From contig JBHLLP010000048.1 of the NCBI GenBank assembly GCA_048885525.1, positions 1-27,489 on the forward strand: a stretch of 27,489 nt of DNA, written 5' to 3'. Position numbers and translations under genes: made by a program. Each line of letters opens with the position of its first letter. Position 1 is the first letter of the stretch. A model generated the notes under the pieces. The model had not been told where the DNA came from and searched no databases. It saw only the letters and a program-made list of their open reading frames with translations. Positions 17,944-27,489 of this stretch are shown here, one piece after another. Origin of the DNA: Candidatus Hermodarchaeota archaeon. Lineage in GTDB: Archaea > Asgardarchaeota > Lokiarchaeia > Sigyniarchaeales > SOKP01.

Positions 17944-18498
17944 ATGGGACGTGGCGGAACAGTTTTAGGGATAATTGGGATAATTCTAGCTGCTGGAGCA
18001 ATTGGATTTACATTTATAGTATGGAATAGTCAAAATACTACTCAAAATTTGACAAGGACCATTGTTGTGGGTATATGGGAAACACTTAGTGACAATCTAG
18101 ATTTTGTTCCTTATAATTCTCAAAATAATTGGCTTTTAGAATTTGGAGATAATAAGTTGAATAATACTGACTATATCTCTGTTTCAAACACTAATACTCG
18201 TATTACTTTATTAAAGTCTGGTTGGTATCAAATTCACCTCTCTGTGTTACTTGCTGGTATTAGTCCTTCTAGTACTTATAGGGTAAGAATTTTAAAAGAT
18301 GGTGTTACCGAATCTTTTTTTGATTTTTATCAGACAGCTGTAACTATTGACAGCAATTATCATTCTATTGATTCATCTACGTTTGTATATAGTAATGGAA
18401 CAAATTACATCGAAATTAATGGAGATTCTGCTGATGATTTTTCAGTTCCTGCTAACGATTTATATAATCAACTAACAATTAGGTTTGTAGCTATATAG
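17944..18498 (+). CDS. Membrane-anchored surface protein with beta-rich (C1q/TNF/BclA-CTD-like) domain
   Basis: N-terminal hydrophobic anchor VLGIIGIILAAGAIGFTFIVW; ITLLKSGWYQIHLSV, ILKDG and terminal NQLTIRFV strands; several N-x-S/T sequons. Fold call is inference. Confidence 0.6.
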   Translation: MGRGGTVLGIIGIILAAGAIGFTFIVWNSQNTTQNLTRTIVVGIWETLSDNLDFVPYNSQNNWLLEFGDNKLNNTDYISVSNTNTRITLLKSGWYQIHLSVLLAGISPSSTYRVRILKDGVTESFFDFYQTAVTIDSNYHSIDSSTFVYSNGTNYIEINGDSADDFSVPANDLYNQLTIRFVAI

Positions 18499-18817
18499 TA
18501 TACGATTTTTAATATTTAACTCTCATTTTTTTTTACAATATTATTCTTCTTATTATTCGTCTACTCTTTATATAATTCCTTTACTAAATCATTTATTATT
18601 TTTTTGTAATATTAGTTCAGAAGAACTTACAAAAAGATCTTGGATAAGTAATGGTAATTATATTGGATAAAATAATTAAAGGAAAAGAAAATGTATCTGA
18701 CAATATTTTGATTCTTTATTATTTTTGCTTATGGAGTATTTGAATCTTGAACTTTATAGATATTATTAAAAAATTTTAATAATATTATATTTCAACAATT
18801 TTATCTATATCGTAAAA

Positions 18818-20539
18818 TTATGTACCATTCATAATTTTCATTTTTGGTGTATAATATTCACCGATATCATAATTATTGAAATTAATACTGTAATGATCAC
18901 GCCAATGAGTTTTTACTACTTCTAGCATTGCTTCCATAGTACTATCGGCAACTTTTCCTTCAGCACATAGAGTTGTGCCCATTGGTGCTGCTATAATTTC
19001 ACCATCTTTTACAACAATCTGACCATTTTTTATCGTATATGCAGCTAAAGTAAATGCTTTTTCTATTGTAGGTCCATCCATGTTTTTTACATCTAAATTA
19101 TGAATTGCAACATCTCCAATTGCTCCAATGCCTAGATGGCCTCGATCTTTCATACCCAAACATTTTGCTGTTCCAGCTCTAGATACGATGCAGATCTCTT
19201 CTAATGAAAATTCACGATCAATATCTTTTAATTGAGTTTTCTCAGAAGCTTTTTTAGAACATTGGTTTAGAAGTACATCATCTCTTGATTTTTTATCCAT
19301 TAACCAGCGAATAATTTGAGGATAAGAAGTAAATGGACCACCATTTGGGTGATCAGTTGTCATAAAAACTTGCCATGGATTCTTAGTTAGGAGTATAAGC
19401 TCTAAACCTACTGCCCATTGTATAGCATTTACAGCAACTTTTGGAGAAAAGAAATACGGTACAATTCCTGACCCAGATTCTCCTTCTACTTGACCATTTA
19501 TCCATTTTACACCTGGTTTATTGCCCCATGGAGAAGTTCCACCAATATGATGGAGGGCAAATTCCCATGGACCATCAGCAGTCATAGTTGTTGTAGCAGC
19601 TTTTCCAAAAATAACTTGTCCTGTATCTATGGTAACATGTTTATGCGAATTTAAATATTCAGCAATATCAGCAGCACCAGACTCAAAATCACCCCAATTT
19701 GTACCCCCATAAGCATTAAATTGGCAATGAGTTAAGTGAATAGTTGATACCCGCCCTTTTTTTGCTTTAATTTTTTCTATTGCTTGAAATGTTTCAATTG
19801 TATGCTTTTTATTTCCTGGATGTCCAAGATTATTTGCATGAACATGAATAGTATGAGGTAATCCAAGAGTCTCACTTACTTTTGCGAGATTCTCTAAGAT
19901 TTCTCTTGGAGTAACTTCGAAATGAAAGACTTTGGAATCTAAACTATCAACATTTTTACCCCATGCCCAATTCTCCACGCCTCCTGGATTTACAATTTTA
20001 ATGGCATAGCCTTTTGTTACTTTTAAAATCCATGATATATAAGCTGCTAATTTATCAAATTCTTTATTTTTAACGAATTCAAGAACAAACCAATTATTTC
20101 CAAATAATGGAAAGGCTGCTTTATCAATGATAGGAGTGACTAGAAATTCTTCATGAGTATGACGAGCTTTTAATAAAGGCATTGCTGGTTCTACAACAGT
20201 TGTATATCCTAATCGAGCATAACGATAACCCGTAACCCATGTGGAAGGTACAGACCATCCAGTTCCACTACGAGTTATTTTAGTCCTCTTTTCATTAAAT
20301 TCTTCAAGTTTATCATCAGGTCGAAATGAGCGTCCTAAATTGACTTTGGTTCCAGCAATATGAGAATGAATATCAACTCCTCCTGGCATTATTATCATTC
20401 CAGAAGCATCGATTACCTTAGCATCTCCATTAACTTTTTCTACAACAATACCATCTTTAATGTGAATTTCTTTCTTTTCACCATCAATTTTATTTAATGG
20501 ATCGTATACTAAGCCATTTTTGATTATTAAATTTGTCAT
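18818..20539 (-). CDS. fwdA: Formylmethanofuran dehydrogenase subunit A (amidohydrolase)
   Basis: MPGGVDIHSHIAG, GYRYARLGYTT, ARHTHEE, IKIVNPGG, HVHANNLGHPGN, TMTADGP, QWAVGLE, TTDHPNGGPF. Confidence 0.95.
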   Translation of the reverse strand: MTNLIIKNGLVYDPLNKIDGEKKEIHIKDGIVVEKVNGDAKVIDASGMIIMPGGVDIHSHIAGTKVNLGRSFRPDDKLEEFNEKRTKITRSGTGWSVPSTWVTGYRYARLGYTTVVEPAMPLLKARHTHEEFLVTPIIDKAAFPLFGNNWFVLEFVKNKEFDKLAAYISWILKVTKGYAIKIVNPGGVENWAWGKNVDSLDSKVFHFEVTPREILENLAKVSETLGLPHTIHVHANNLGHPGNKKHTIETFQAIEKIKAKKGRVSTIHLTHCQFNAYGGTNWGDFESGAADIAEYLNSHKHVTIDTGQVIFGKAATTTMTADGPWEFALHHIGGTSPWGNKPGVKWINGQVEGESGSGIVPYFFSPKVAVNAIQWAVGLELILLTKNPWQVFMTTDHPNGGPFTSYPQIIRWLMDKKSRDDVLLNQCSKKASEKTQLKDIDREFSLEEICIVSRAGTAKCLGMKDRGHLGIGAIGDVAIHNLDVKNMDGPTIEKAFTLAAYTIKNGQIVVKDGEIIAAPMGTTLCAEGKVADSTMEAMLEVVKTHWRDHYSINFNNYDIGEYYTPKMKIMNGT

Positions 20540-20825
20540 TGTAGTTTTCCTTAATAATTTCTATAATATGATACTATATTGTAAGTTATATAATTTGGTA
20601 TAAATTCAATATTTTAAAGAATCTATTATTTTTATAAAGATTTATTATAAATTTTAAGCATATTTCTGTAAGACTATTAAAACTAAAAACTGTCACTTTT
20701 TTGTATATGTCTAAACTTAAGTAGAAGTTCTTATTTGATTATTTTAATTCACGGAATAATTTCTATGGTTTTTCAATAAAAAGATAACTGCTAAATTAAT
20801 TGTTAATATCTGTTAGAAATTTATC

Positions 20826-21182
20826 ATGATAAAAATTTTCTTTGTTGACGATGATAAGTCTCTACAAAGACTATACCGATTAATTTTAGAGGAAGCTGAT
20901 TTTGAGATTATTGATACAGCTATGAATGGAAAAGACGCTATCGAGAAATACAAAAAATTTAAAGTAAAACCCGATATCGTTCTAATAGGCTATCGCATGC
21001 CGATTAAAAACAGACTAGAAGCTATGACTGAAATTTTAAAAATTAATAAAAATGAGAAGATTATTTTCGCTAGTGCTGATATTTCTGTCAAACAAAAAGT
21101 TATTTCGCTTGGAGCATGCACTTTTCTTGAAAAGCCTTTTAAGATGCAAGATTTACTAGGAACCATCCAGGATGTCGTATAA
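20826..21182 (+). CDS. Single-domain CheY-like receiver protein lacking the phosphoacceptor Asp
   Basis: IFFVDDD, A-x-NG, PDIVLIGYRMP, IIFASA, FLEKPF; Gly at the Asp position. Confidence 0.88.
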   Translation: MIKIFFVDDDKSLQRLYRLILEEADFEIIDTAMNGKDAIEKYKKFKVKPDIVLIGYRMPIKNRLEAMTEILKINKNEKIIFASADISVKQKVISLGACTFLEKPFKMQDLLGTIQDVV

Positions 21183-21265
21183 GAATTGGTAATCAAAAAA
21201 TAAATTACCCTATTAATAGTTTTTATAAAAAAAAAAGTGATTTATTAATCCTTGGTCGATTATCA

Positions 21266-21787
21266 TTAATCTCTTCTTACTAGTAATGCAATACAACCAT
21301 AGAACAATGCGATTGTTAGCCCAACACCTAAAAAGACTATAATAGAACCAACTATAACTTCAGGAGGAGGGGTAACGGGTCCGGTAAGCAGTTCTACTAT
21401 ACCAAATACAAGAACTATGACCATACTAATTATGGCTGTCAGAAACCAACCTAAGAAGGCTTCCTTTCTGTCTTCAGCAAAGAATCCTGAAAGAAAAGCA
21501 CCTATAACTGGTGCTACAAAAAATCCGATCCATTGAATTATTATCAATGTATCAATTGTTGCGCCCAAAGAAACTGCAACACCTATAGATGTCATAATTA
21601 TTCCTGGTGTTCCACCTTCAGCCATTGGTCCAAATAGCATTAGCATTAAAGTACCAATAAAATCAGTTTCAAATGCAGTAACGAATTGATCAAATGTATT
21701 TGATATTAGGAATGCTAGAAGTAAAAATACTGCGTTTAATCCAATAAAAGCAATTAAACTGAACAAAAAACATTTGGCGAAAGACAT
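21266..21787 (-). CDS. Hypothetical multi-pass membrane protein
   Basis: 173 aa with four or more long hydrophobic segments. Confidence 0.8.
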   Translation of the reverse strand: MSFAKCFLFSLIAFIGLNAVFLLLAFLISNTFDQFVTAFETDFIGTLMLMLFGPMAEGGTPGIIMTSIGVAVSLGATIDTLIIIQWIGFFVAPVIGAFLSGFFAEDRKEAFLGWFLTAIISMVIVLVFGIVELLTGPVTPPPEVIVGSIIVFLGVGLTIALFYGCIALLVRRD

Positions 21788-22196
21788 ATCTTTTATACAC
21801 TTTAGATTTTAATTTTTTTTGTTTTTTATTAATATTATTTAATTTTATTATGGATAACGTTTTTTACGAGATTTAATTCTATTTAATCATTAATAAAGGT
21901 TTCTAATTTTATTTGATTCTATTCAAAGTATAATATATGACTTGATCTTTGATCTTTAATTTTTTTTATCTTGAATAAGTATAAAAGAATTTATATTTTA
22001 TGCTGAAGATTAACTCTACTTCAATAAAAGTATACTTATTAGTGATATATACATATTGCTGCAATTAATATTTTCTTCTTAATCCTTAATAACTTACAGA
22101 TTTCATCTTTAATATAATAGATCAATGTTAAATATAATGCTAGATCTATTTTATAATAAAAATTAAAAATAATAACAGGTAGATAAGTGTAAAAGT

Positions 22197-22673
22197 ATGG
22201 CTTCTGGAAAAATTTTCTGCATTCTTGGAGGAATTTTGACTCTATTAGGTACCTATTTCTTTTCTTTTCTCCCTTCATTACCTGGAACATATTATTATGG
22301 TCTTGGATTTTTTTTGAACATTTATTCAATATTTACATCGGGATGGATTTTATATATAATTATAGCCATTATATTTATTGTATTTTTATTATCGGGGATT
22401 TTCATTATAATAGGAGTAAAGAGTAAGACATTAGCTCTAATTGGATCATTATTTGTTCTTGGTTTTGGAGTCTATATGATTTTGGCATTTTATGTATTTG
22501 GTTTAACCTCCGATATTACTATATTTATGGCCCAGTTTATAAATGCTCCTTTAGTTGAAGGCATTATACCTTTTGATTTATTCCTCGGACCATTTTCACT
22601 TGGTACATACATTTTGATTGGTGGAGGAGTCTTAGGGCTAATAGGAGGTATTAAGGGACCTAGTGCTTGGTAA
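22197..22673 (+). CDS. Hypothetical multi-pass membrane protein
   Basis: 158 aa, Gly-rich hydrophobic helices; followed by oligo-T tracts. Confidence 0.8.
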   Translation: MASGKIFCILGGILTLLGTYFFSFLPSLPGTYYYGLGFFLNIYSIFTSGWILYIIIAIIFIVFLLSGIFIIIGVKSKTLALIGSLFVLGFGVYMILAFYVFGLTSDITIFMAQFINAPLVEGIIPFDLFLGPFSLGTYILIGGGVLGLIGGIKGPSAW

Positions 22674-22689
22674 ATTTAATTAGTTAATA

Positions 22690-22715
22690 TTTTTTTTTAT
22701 ATTTCTTTTTTTTTT
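22690..22715 (+). terminator. Oligo-T tract, archaeal-type terminator
   Basis: T9 and T10 runs 17-42 nt after the stop at 22673, between convergent genes. Confidence 0.5.
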
Positions 22716-22794
22716 AAACTTTTAAACGAAATATTCTAAATATGCTTCTTATGCAAAAACAGTATTCAAAGATTGATTTGTTAAAAGAATATTA

Positions 22795-23478
22795 TTAAAT
22801 ATTGGAATCTTTAAAGAAAGGTTTTATCTTTTCAAGATCACTTGGTTCATTTAAGTTTATAAAAGAAGATAGATTCTCATCTATTTGTTTTAAATTTTCT
22901 TCTATGGATATGAAACTTATTCTCCATTTAGGATTTAATAAATTAGTTAATTTATAAGTCTTTTCTCTAATACTTTTTCTAGCAGTTTTTAGAGCTTTTT
23001 TAACAGGATAAACAGCTATCAGAGGTTCTGAAAAACCATTAGCCCATTGCGGGATACAACAATCAACATTACTACATTGTTCTATTAAATATTCTAGTAT
23101 ATTTTTTTTAATTAAAGGGGTATCACATGATAAAGCTAAAACCTTCTTATAATTTAGTTTTTTTAATTCTTTAAATGTTGAATATAACCCAATCATGGGT
23201 GTATATAATACATTATTTTGGTTATTATTCATCTCATCCACAATAAAAGCATTAATTTTAGTTATATCAATCTTTTTCATATAATTATTTACTTGTTCTA
23301 TCGATTTAGCAATTAGAAATATATCAAAATCTAAAGTACTTAAAATCTCAAGTTGATAAGAAATGAGAGGTTTTCCAGTTATTTCAAAAAGTCCCTTATC
23401 ACTTCCAAATCGACTACTTTTCCCTCCAATTAAAATCGCTATTGCTAAGAATTTTGATTTTTTTTTTATTTTTAACAC
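22795..23478 (-). CDS. mobA: Molybdenum/tungsten cofactor guanylyltransferase
   Basis: ILIGGKSSRFGSDKG, PMIGL, LSCDTP, EPLIAVY, SFINLNEPSDL; GTG start. Confidence 0.9.
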   Translation of the reverse strand: MLKIKKKSKFLAIAILIGGKSSRFGSDKGLFEITGKPLISYQLEILSTLDFDIFLIAKSIEQVNNYMKKIDITKINAFIVDEMNNNQNNVLYTPMIGLYSTFKELKKLNYKKVLALSCDTPLIKKNILEYLIEQCSNVDCCIPQWANGFSEPLIAVYPVKKALKTARKSIREKTYKLTNLLNPKWRISFISIEENLKQIDENLSSFINLNEPSDLEKIKPFFKDSNI

Positions 23479-23613
23479 TTTTTTTGTTGAAATATTTAAT
23501 ATTCTATTAAACTAATAATTAAAAATTATATATGATTTAAATTAATTGAAGATAATAAACCTGATTCTCTCTTTTTATTACTCATAATGTTTCATAAAAG
23601 AAAAATAATACAA

Positions 23614-25110
23614 ATGAAAGAAAAACCTAGAGAGCATTGTGCTATTTTTGGCGTAACTTGTGATGATATAGGTTATTCTGTCTCAAATATTTTATATCAA
23701 GGATTAATTGCTCTGCAACATCGAGGACAAGAATCTACAGGAATATCTCTTTTGAAAACTGGGGGTAAAATTTATACATATAAAAAAAATGGATTAGTTT
23801 CAAAAGTGTTAGAGGAAAAAATTCTTTCTCAATACTGGGGAAATGTAGGTATTGGACATAATAGATACGCTACAACTGGAGCAGTTGGTTTTAAATCCTC
23901 TCTTTATATGCAACCATTTCATTTCAAAAATAATGAAATCGAATTTTCTATCGCATTCAATGGGACTATAGCTAATTTTGATGAAATCAAGAAGAAAATG
24001 GATGAGATGGGACGTGTTTTTATCACAAATACTGACACTGAGGTTTTAGCGCAACTAATTGGATCTATTGCTTTAGGAACTGAAGATTGGCCTGAAATTC
24101 TTAAGTTTACGAGTAAATTATTGGATGGTTCCTATTCTTTGATACTTATGACTTCTGATGGAGATATTTATGCCATAAGAGATCCACTGGGATTTAAACC
24201 TTTATGCATCGGGGAATTGAAAACTGAGCAACGAAATCTATATTTTATTGCCTCTGAATCATGTGCTATTGATTCTGTTGGAGGAGTCTTTTTAAGAGAT
24301 GTAAAACCTGGAGAAATAGTTCATTTGAGTCATCAAAAAGATATACATTCAGAATTGGTGATTAAAACAAATAGAACAGCAATATGCCAATTTGAGTATG
24401 TATATTTCGCAAGACCAGATTCTATTATTGATGGAATTTCAGTTGCAGAAGCAAGATTACAACTAGGTATAAATCTAGCTAAGCAAGATCCTATATTAAA
24501 AAACCCGGAGATAAGGGAGAATGCAATAGTAGTTCCAGTTCCAGATTCGGGTCGAAGTGTTGCAGTAGGATATGCAAAGGAAGCAAAACTTCCTTATATA
24601 GAGGGTTTAATGAAAAATCGTTATGTTCATAGAACATTTATTATGCCCGGTCAAATAAAACGCAAAATTGCTGTAAAAGAAAAATTAAATCCTATAAAGA
24701 GTATTGTTAGAGGTAAAGATGTAATCCTTTTAGATGATTCTATAGTGAGGGGTACAACAACACAGCAGATAGTTTCATTACTAAGAGAAAAAGGAGGAGC
24801 TAAACGTGTTCATTTACGAGTAAGTTGTCCTCCAATTATTAGTCCATGCTACATGGGAATTGATTTTCCTACTAAAAGCGAACTAATCGCAGGAAGATTT
24901 CAAAATCTATATGGGGAAAATTATTTAGATGAGATTCAACAAACGATTGGATCAGACACATTGTTATATCAGACAGTAGATAATTTAACTCTAGCTATTG
25001 GTAAGGATAAAAATGAATTATGTTTGGCATGTTTAACGGGTGATTATCAATTAAAATCAGTAAAAAAGTTAGCAGAACTAGAGCAATCAATTATTAAAAG
25101 TAGAACTTAA
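23614..25110 (+). CDS. purF: Amidophosphoribosyltransferase (canonical, propeptide and Fe-S type)
   Basis: PREH-CAIFG (Ntn Cys after a short propeptide), LQHRGQES, GHNRYAT, NG, DTE, RDPLGFKPL, CQFEYVYFARPDS, PVPDSG, DDSIVRGTT, CYMGID, CLAC. Met at 23614 preferred over 23587. Confidence 0.95.
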   Translation: MKEKPREHCAIFGVTCDDIGYSVSNILYQGLIALQHRGQESTGISLLKTGGKIYTYKKNGLVSKVLEEKILSQYWGNVGIGHNRYATTGAVGFKSSLYMQPFHFKNNEIEFSIAFNGTIANFDEIKKKMDEMGRVFITNTDTEVLAQLIGSIALGTEDWPEILKFTSKLLDGSYSLILMTSDGDIYAIRDPLGFKPLCIGELKTEQRNLYFIASESCAIDSVGGVFLRDVKPGEIVHLSHQKDIHSELVIKTNRTAICQFEYVYFARPDSIIDGISVAEARLQLGINLAKQDPILKNPEIRENAIVVPVPDSGRSVAVGYAKEAKLPYIEGLMKNRYVHRTFIMPGQIKRKIAVKEKLNPIKSIVRGKDVILLDDSIVRGTTTQQIVSLLREKGGAKRVHLRVSCPPIISPCYMGIDFPTKSELIAGRFQNLYGENYLDEIQQTIGSDTLLYQTVDNLTLAIGKDKNELCLACLTGDYQLKSVKKLAELEQSIIKSRT

Positions 25111-25121
25111 AATTTTTTCTA

Positions 25122-26522
25122 TTAATATTCTACTCCATCCCAACAATATGTGCATATCTTTTCTTTTGGTAATCCAATAGCTTTAACTAAATCTTCAAGC
25201 CTCTGGTATTGCAATGTTGTTAACTGTAACTTTTTGCGAATAATTTCAACCATAGATTTATATTTATTCGATTCTGGATCAGTATATTCTGCTGGATCCT
25301 CAATATTCTTTCCAGTTAATTCTTTAATAGCCCATCTTCCAGCTAAATCTAATTCAGATCGAGATCGAGAGAAATTAAGAAACTTACAACTATAAACAAG
25401 TGGAGGACATGCTGGTCTCATATGCACTTCTTTTGCTCCATAATCATATAAGCGTTGAATAGTTTTCCGAAGCTGAGTACCTCTTACAATTGAATCCTCA
25501 CAAAAAAGTAATCGTTTTTCATTAATAAGTTCTTTAATAGGGATAAGTTTCATCTTCGCAACTTTATCTCTAATCTTCTGATCTTGGGGCATAAAACTAC
25601 GTGGCCACGTTGGCGTATATTTCACAAAGGGTCGTGAAAAAGGGATTTTTGCTTTACTTGCATAACCCAAGCCGTGGCCTGTGCCAGAATCGGGGATACC
25701 TGCAACAAGATCTATTTCTACACTATTATTTTGTGCTAAATATGATCCACATTTATAACGAACAACTTCAACATTAATATCCTCATAATTAGATGCAGGG
25801 TATCCATAATATACCCATAAAAAACCGCAAATTTGCAGTTGGTTACCTGGTGCGACTTTTTGTTCATACCCATTCTTATTGATGAAAACTACTTCACCAG
25901 GTCCAAGAAATTTAATTGTTTTATATCCAAGGTTAGGAAATGCACATGTTTCCATTGTTACGGCATAAGACCCTGATTTCTTTCCAATTATAAGTGGAGT
26001 CCTTCCTAATTTATCTCGTGCTGCATAGATACCTTTATTTGTTAATATAAGCATAGTACAAGATCCATCAACCGTTTCTTGAACTTTCTTAATTCCCACT
26101 TCGAATGAAGCACCTTGACTAATTATAGTTGCCGTCATTTCTGTAGGATTTATTTCTCCTCCATGCATTTCTGAGAAATGTGAGCCGTTTTCTAAAGCCT
26201 TTATAGCTAAATCTTCTAAATTATTAATTTTTCCTACCGTAACAATGGCAAATACGCCTAAATGGGAGTTAATTATTAATGGTTGATCATCATAATCACT
26301 GATAACTCCGATACCTTTATTACCATGCATTTTTTTAATATCTTTCTCGAATTTAGACCTGAATTGAGCAGTTCTGATATCTTTTATGAATCTTTGAAAG
26401 CCTCCTGCATTTTTTACTGCTAATCCCCCTCTACTAGTACCAAGATGAGAATGATAATCTGTACCATAAAAAAGATCTTCTAAACAATCTGAATTTGAAA
26501 TAACTCCGAATAAACCACCCAT
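25122..26522 (-). CDS. Amidophosphoribosyltransferase paralogue lacking the N-terminal catalytic Cys
   Basis: MGGLFG start, DYHSHLG, RDKLGRTP, GIPDSG, EDSIVRGTQ PRPP loop, RPACPP, CTYCWDG. Confidence 0.88.
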   Translation of the reverse strand: MGGLFGVISNSDCLEDLFYGTDYHSHLGTSRGGLAVKNAGGFQRFIKDIRTAQFRSKFEKDIKKMHGNKGIGVISDYDDQPLIINSHLGVFAIVTVGKINNLEDLAIKALENGSHFSEMHGGEINPTEMTATIISQGASFEVGIKKVQETVDGSCTMLILTNKGIYAARDKLGRTPLIIGKKSGSYAVTMETCAFPNLGYKTIKFLGPGEVVFINKNGYEQKVAPGNQLQICGFLWVYYGYPASNYEDINVEVVRYKCGSYLAQNNSVEIDLVAGIPDSGTGHGLGYASKAKIPFSRPFVKYTPTWPRSFMPQDQKIRDKVAKMKLIPIKELINEKRLLFCEDSIVRGTQLRKTIQRLYDYGAKEVHMRPACPPLVYSCKFLNFSRSRSELDLAGRWAIKELTGKNIEDPAEYTDPESNKYKSMVEIIRKKLQLTTLQYQRLEDLVKAIGLPKEKICTYCWDGVEY

Positions 26523-26633
26523 TATACCTTCACTATTTATTTAAGTCGAAAAATACTAATAAATGAAATTATTAATCCGATATCAAACCCTAAATCATTC
26601 AAAGTACAGAATTGGAATACTTTATACAATTTT

Positions 26634-27488
26634 TTACAAATTTTCTTTTTGATATTTAAATAATCCTCCGATTAATTGTCCTGTACTAATCCCAGCATCT
26701 CCCGGGGCAATCAAATTATGCTCTAAAAATAAAAGATCTTCATTCCTAACTTTTTCTTTGATAGTTCGTGAAAAAGAGTAATTATAGCCTACCCCACCTG
26801 TCAATCCTATATATTTTATTTGATTTTCCTTAGCAACTTCTAATGCAATTTCTGCGAATATATTACCCATTTCAATTTGAAATTTCGCAGCTATATCTGA
26901 CCGTTTAAATTGTGAATACTCCAAAAGAGAGATTATATCAAGTATTAGATTTGAGGTATTAATGATCCGGATTCCATTTTTTCTAAAATATTTAATTTCT
27001 AACTCTATATTATTTGGATTTCCTTTTGAAGCTAAAGCCTCAAGTCTCATAGCAGGCTCTCCTCTATATGTTTTAATATTCGCTACTCCTAAAAGATAAG
27101 AAACCACATCAAATATTCTACCAGTTGAACTAGACAAAGGAATATTCTCAGATGGAAAATTTCGATTGGCATTATCAAATTGAGAAACTAAAGTTTTCAA
27201 TTCCTTTTCTTTATATTCTAAATCATTTTCTAATCCTATTTTTTTAAATACTTTTAAAGAATCATTCACTCCTAATTTATTAAGAATGATAGAAGCAGCC
27301 ATCCGAGCGGGATATTTAGTACAACGATCTCCCCCAACCATTGGTTGATATTCTAAAAATCCAAGCCTTTGATAATCATTATAAGAACTTAGTAAAATTT
27401 CTCCACCCCAAATATTACCATCATCTCCATAGCCAACACCGTCAGTACTTATACCAATTATTCTTTCATCTTGTTTGATTCTATTTTC
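26634..27488 (-). CDS. hypF: [NiFe]-hydrogenase maturation carbamoyltransferase HypF, C-terminal part (5' truncated by the window edge)
   Basis: Frame stays open upstream of the track's Met to the edge: IIGISTDGVGYGDDGNIWGGEIL; then SSSTGRIFD, YRGEPAMRLEA, LTGGVGYN, PGDAGISTGQ. Confidence 0.93.
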   Translation of the reverse strand, partial: ENRIKQDERIIGISTDGVGYGDDGNIWGGEILLSSYNDYQRLGFLEYQPMVGGDRCTKYPARMAASIILNKLGVNDSLKVFKKIGLENDLEYKEKELKTLVSQFDNANRNFPSENIPLSSSTGRIFDVVSYLLGVANIKTYRGEPAMRLEALASKGNPNNIELEIKYFRKNGIRIINTSNLILDIISLLEYSQFKRSDIAAKFQIEMGNIFAEIALEVAKENQIKYIGLTGGVGYNYSFSRTIKEKVRNEDLLFLEHNLIAPGDAGISTGQLIGGLFKYQKENL

Positions 27489-27489
27489 T

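Noticed and set aside
18499-18817. Short ORFs in the spacer before the fwdA stop
   Set aside because: At most about 30 codons, no RBS or motif; consistent with AT-rich intergenic DNA.
17590-25395. ORFs 17590-17781, 20990-21196, 22039-22329 and 25150-25395
   Set aside because: Overlap better-supported genes on the opposite strand; compositions look like reverse-frame artefacts.
15480-27489. Integrated element bounded by a duplicated tRNA 3' end
   Set aside because: No second copy of the tRNA 3' sequence was noticed by eye and no integrase or transposase lies in the window; downstream genes are mostly housekeeping or metabolic.

Overview
AT-rich (roughly 30% GC by eye) archaeal chromosomal segment. 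Gene content points to an anaerobic Asgard archaeon, probably Lokiarchaeia (inference): hdrCBA, a stand-alone fwdA, hypF, mobA, a TPR protein with a longin-like tail, TATA-type promoters and oligo-T terminators. Left to right: the 3' end of a possible nitroreductase; a two-gene glycyl-radical enzyme (GRE) + activase unit whose active-site loop resembles fumarate-adding enzymes; a TPR/longin-like protein; a YyaL/SPATA20-type thioredoxin-domain protein; a 44-aa Trp/acidic heptad-repeat microprotein missed by the ORF track; a DUF4242-like protein; hdrCBA; a PP-loop tRNA sulfurtransferase-like gene; a GNAT; an atypical tRNA-Cys(GCA) with a long variable arm and altered D/T loops; an O-methyltransferase; several membrane proteins; fwdA; a receiver domain lacking its phospho-Asp; mobA; two convergent purF paralogues (one without the catalytic Cys); and the 3' part of hypF. 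No CRISPR array, rRNA, transposase or integrase was seen. All family calls come from motif recognition by eye, not from database searches.
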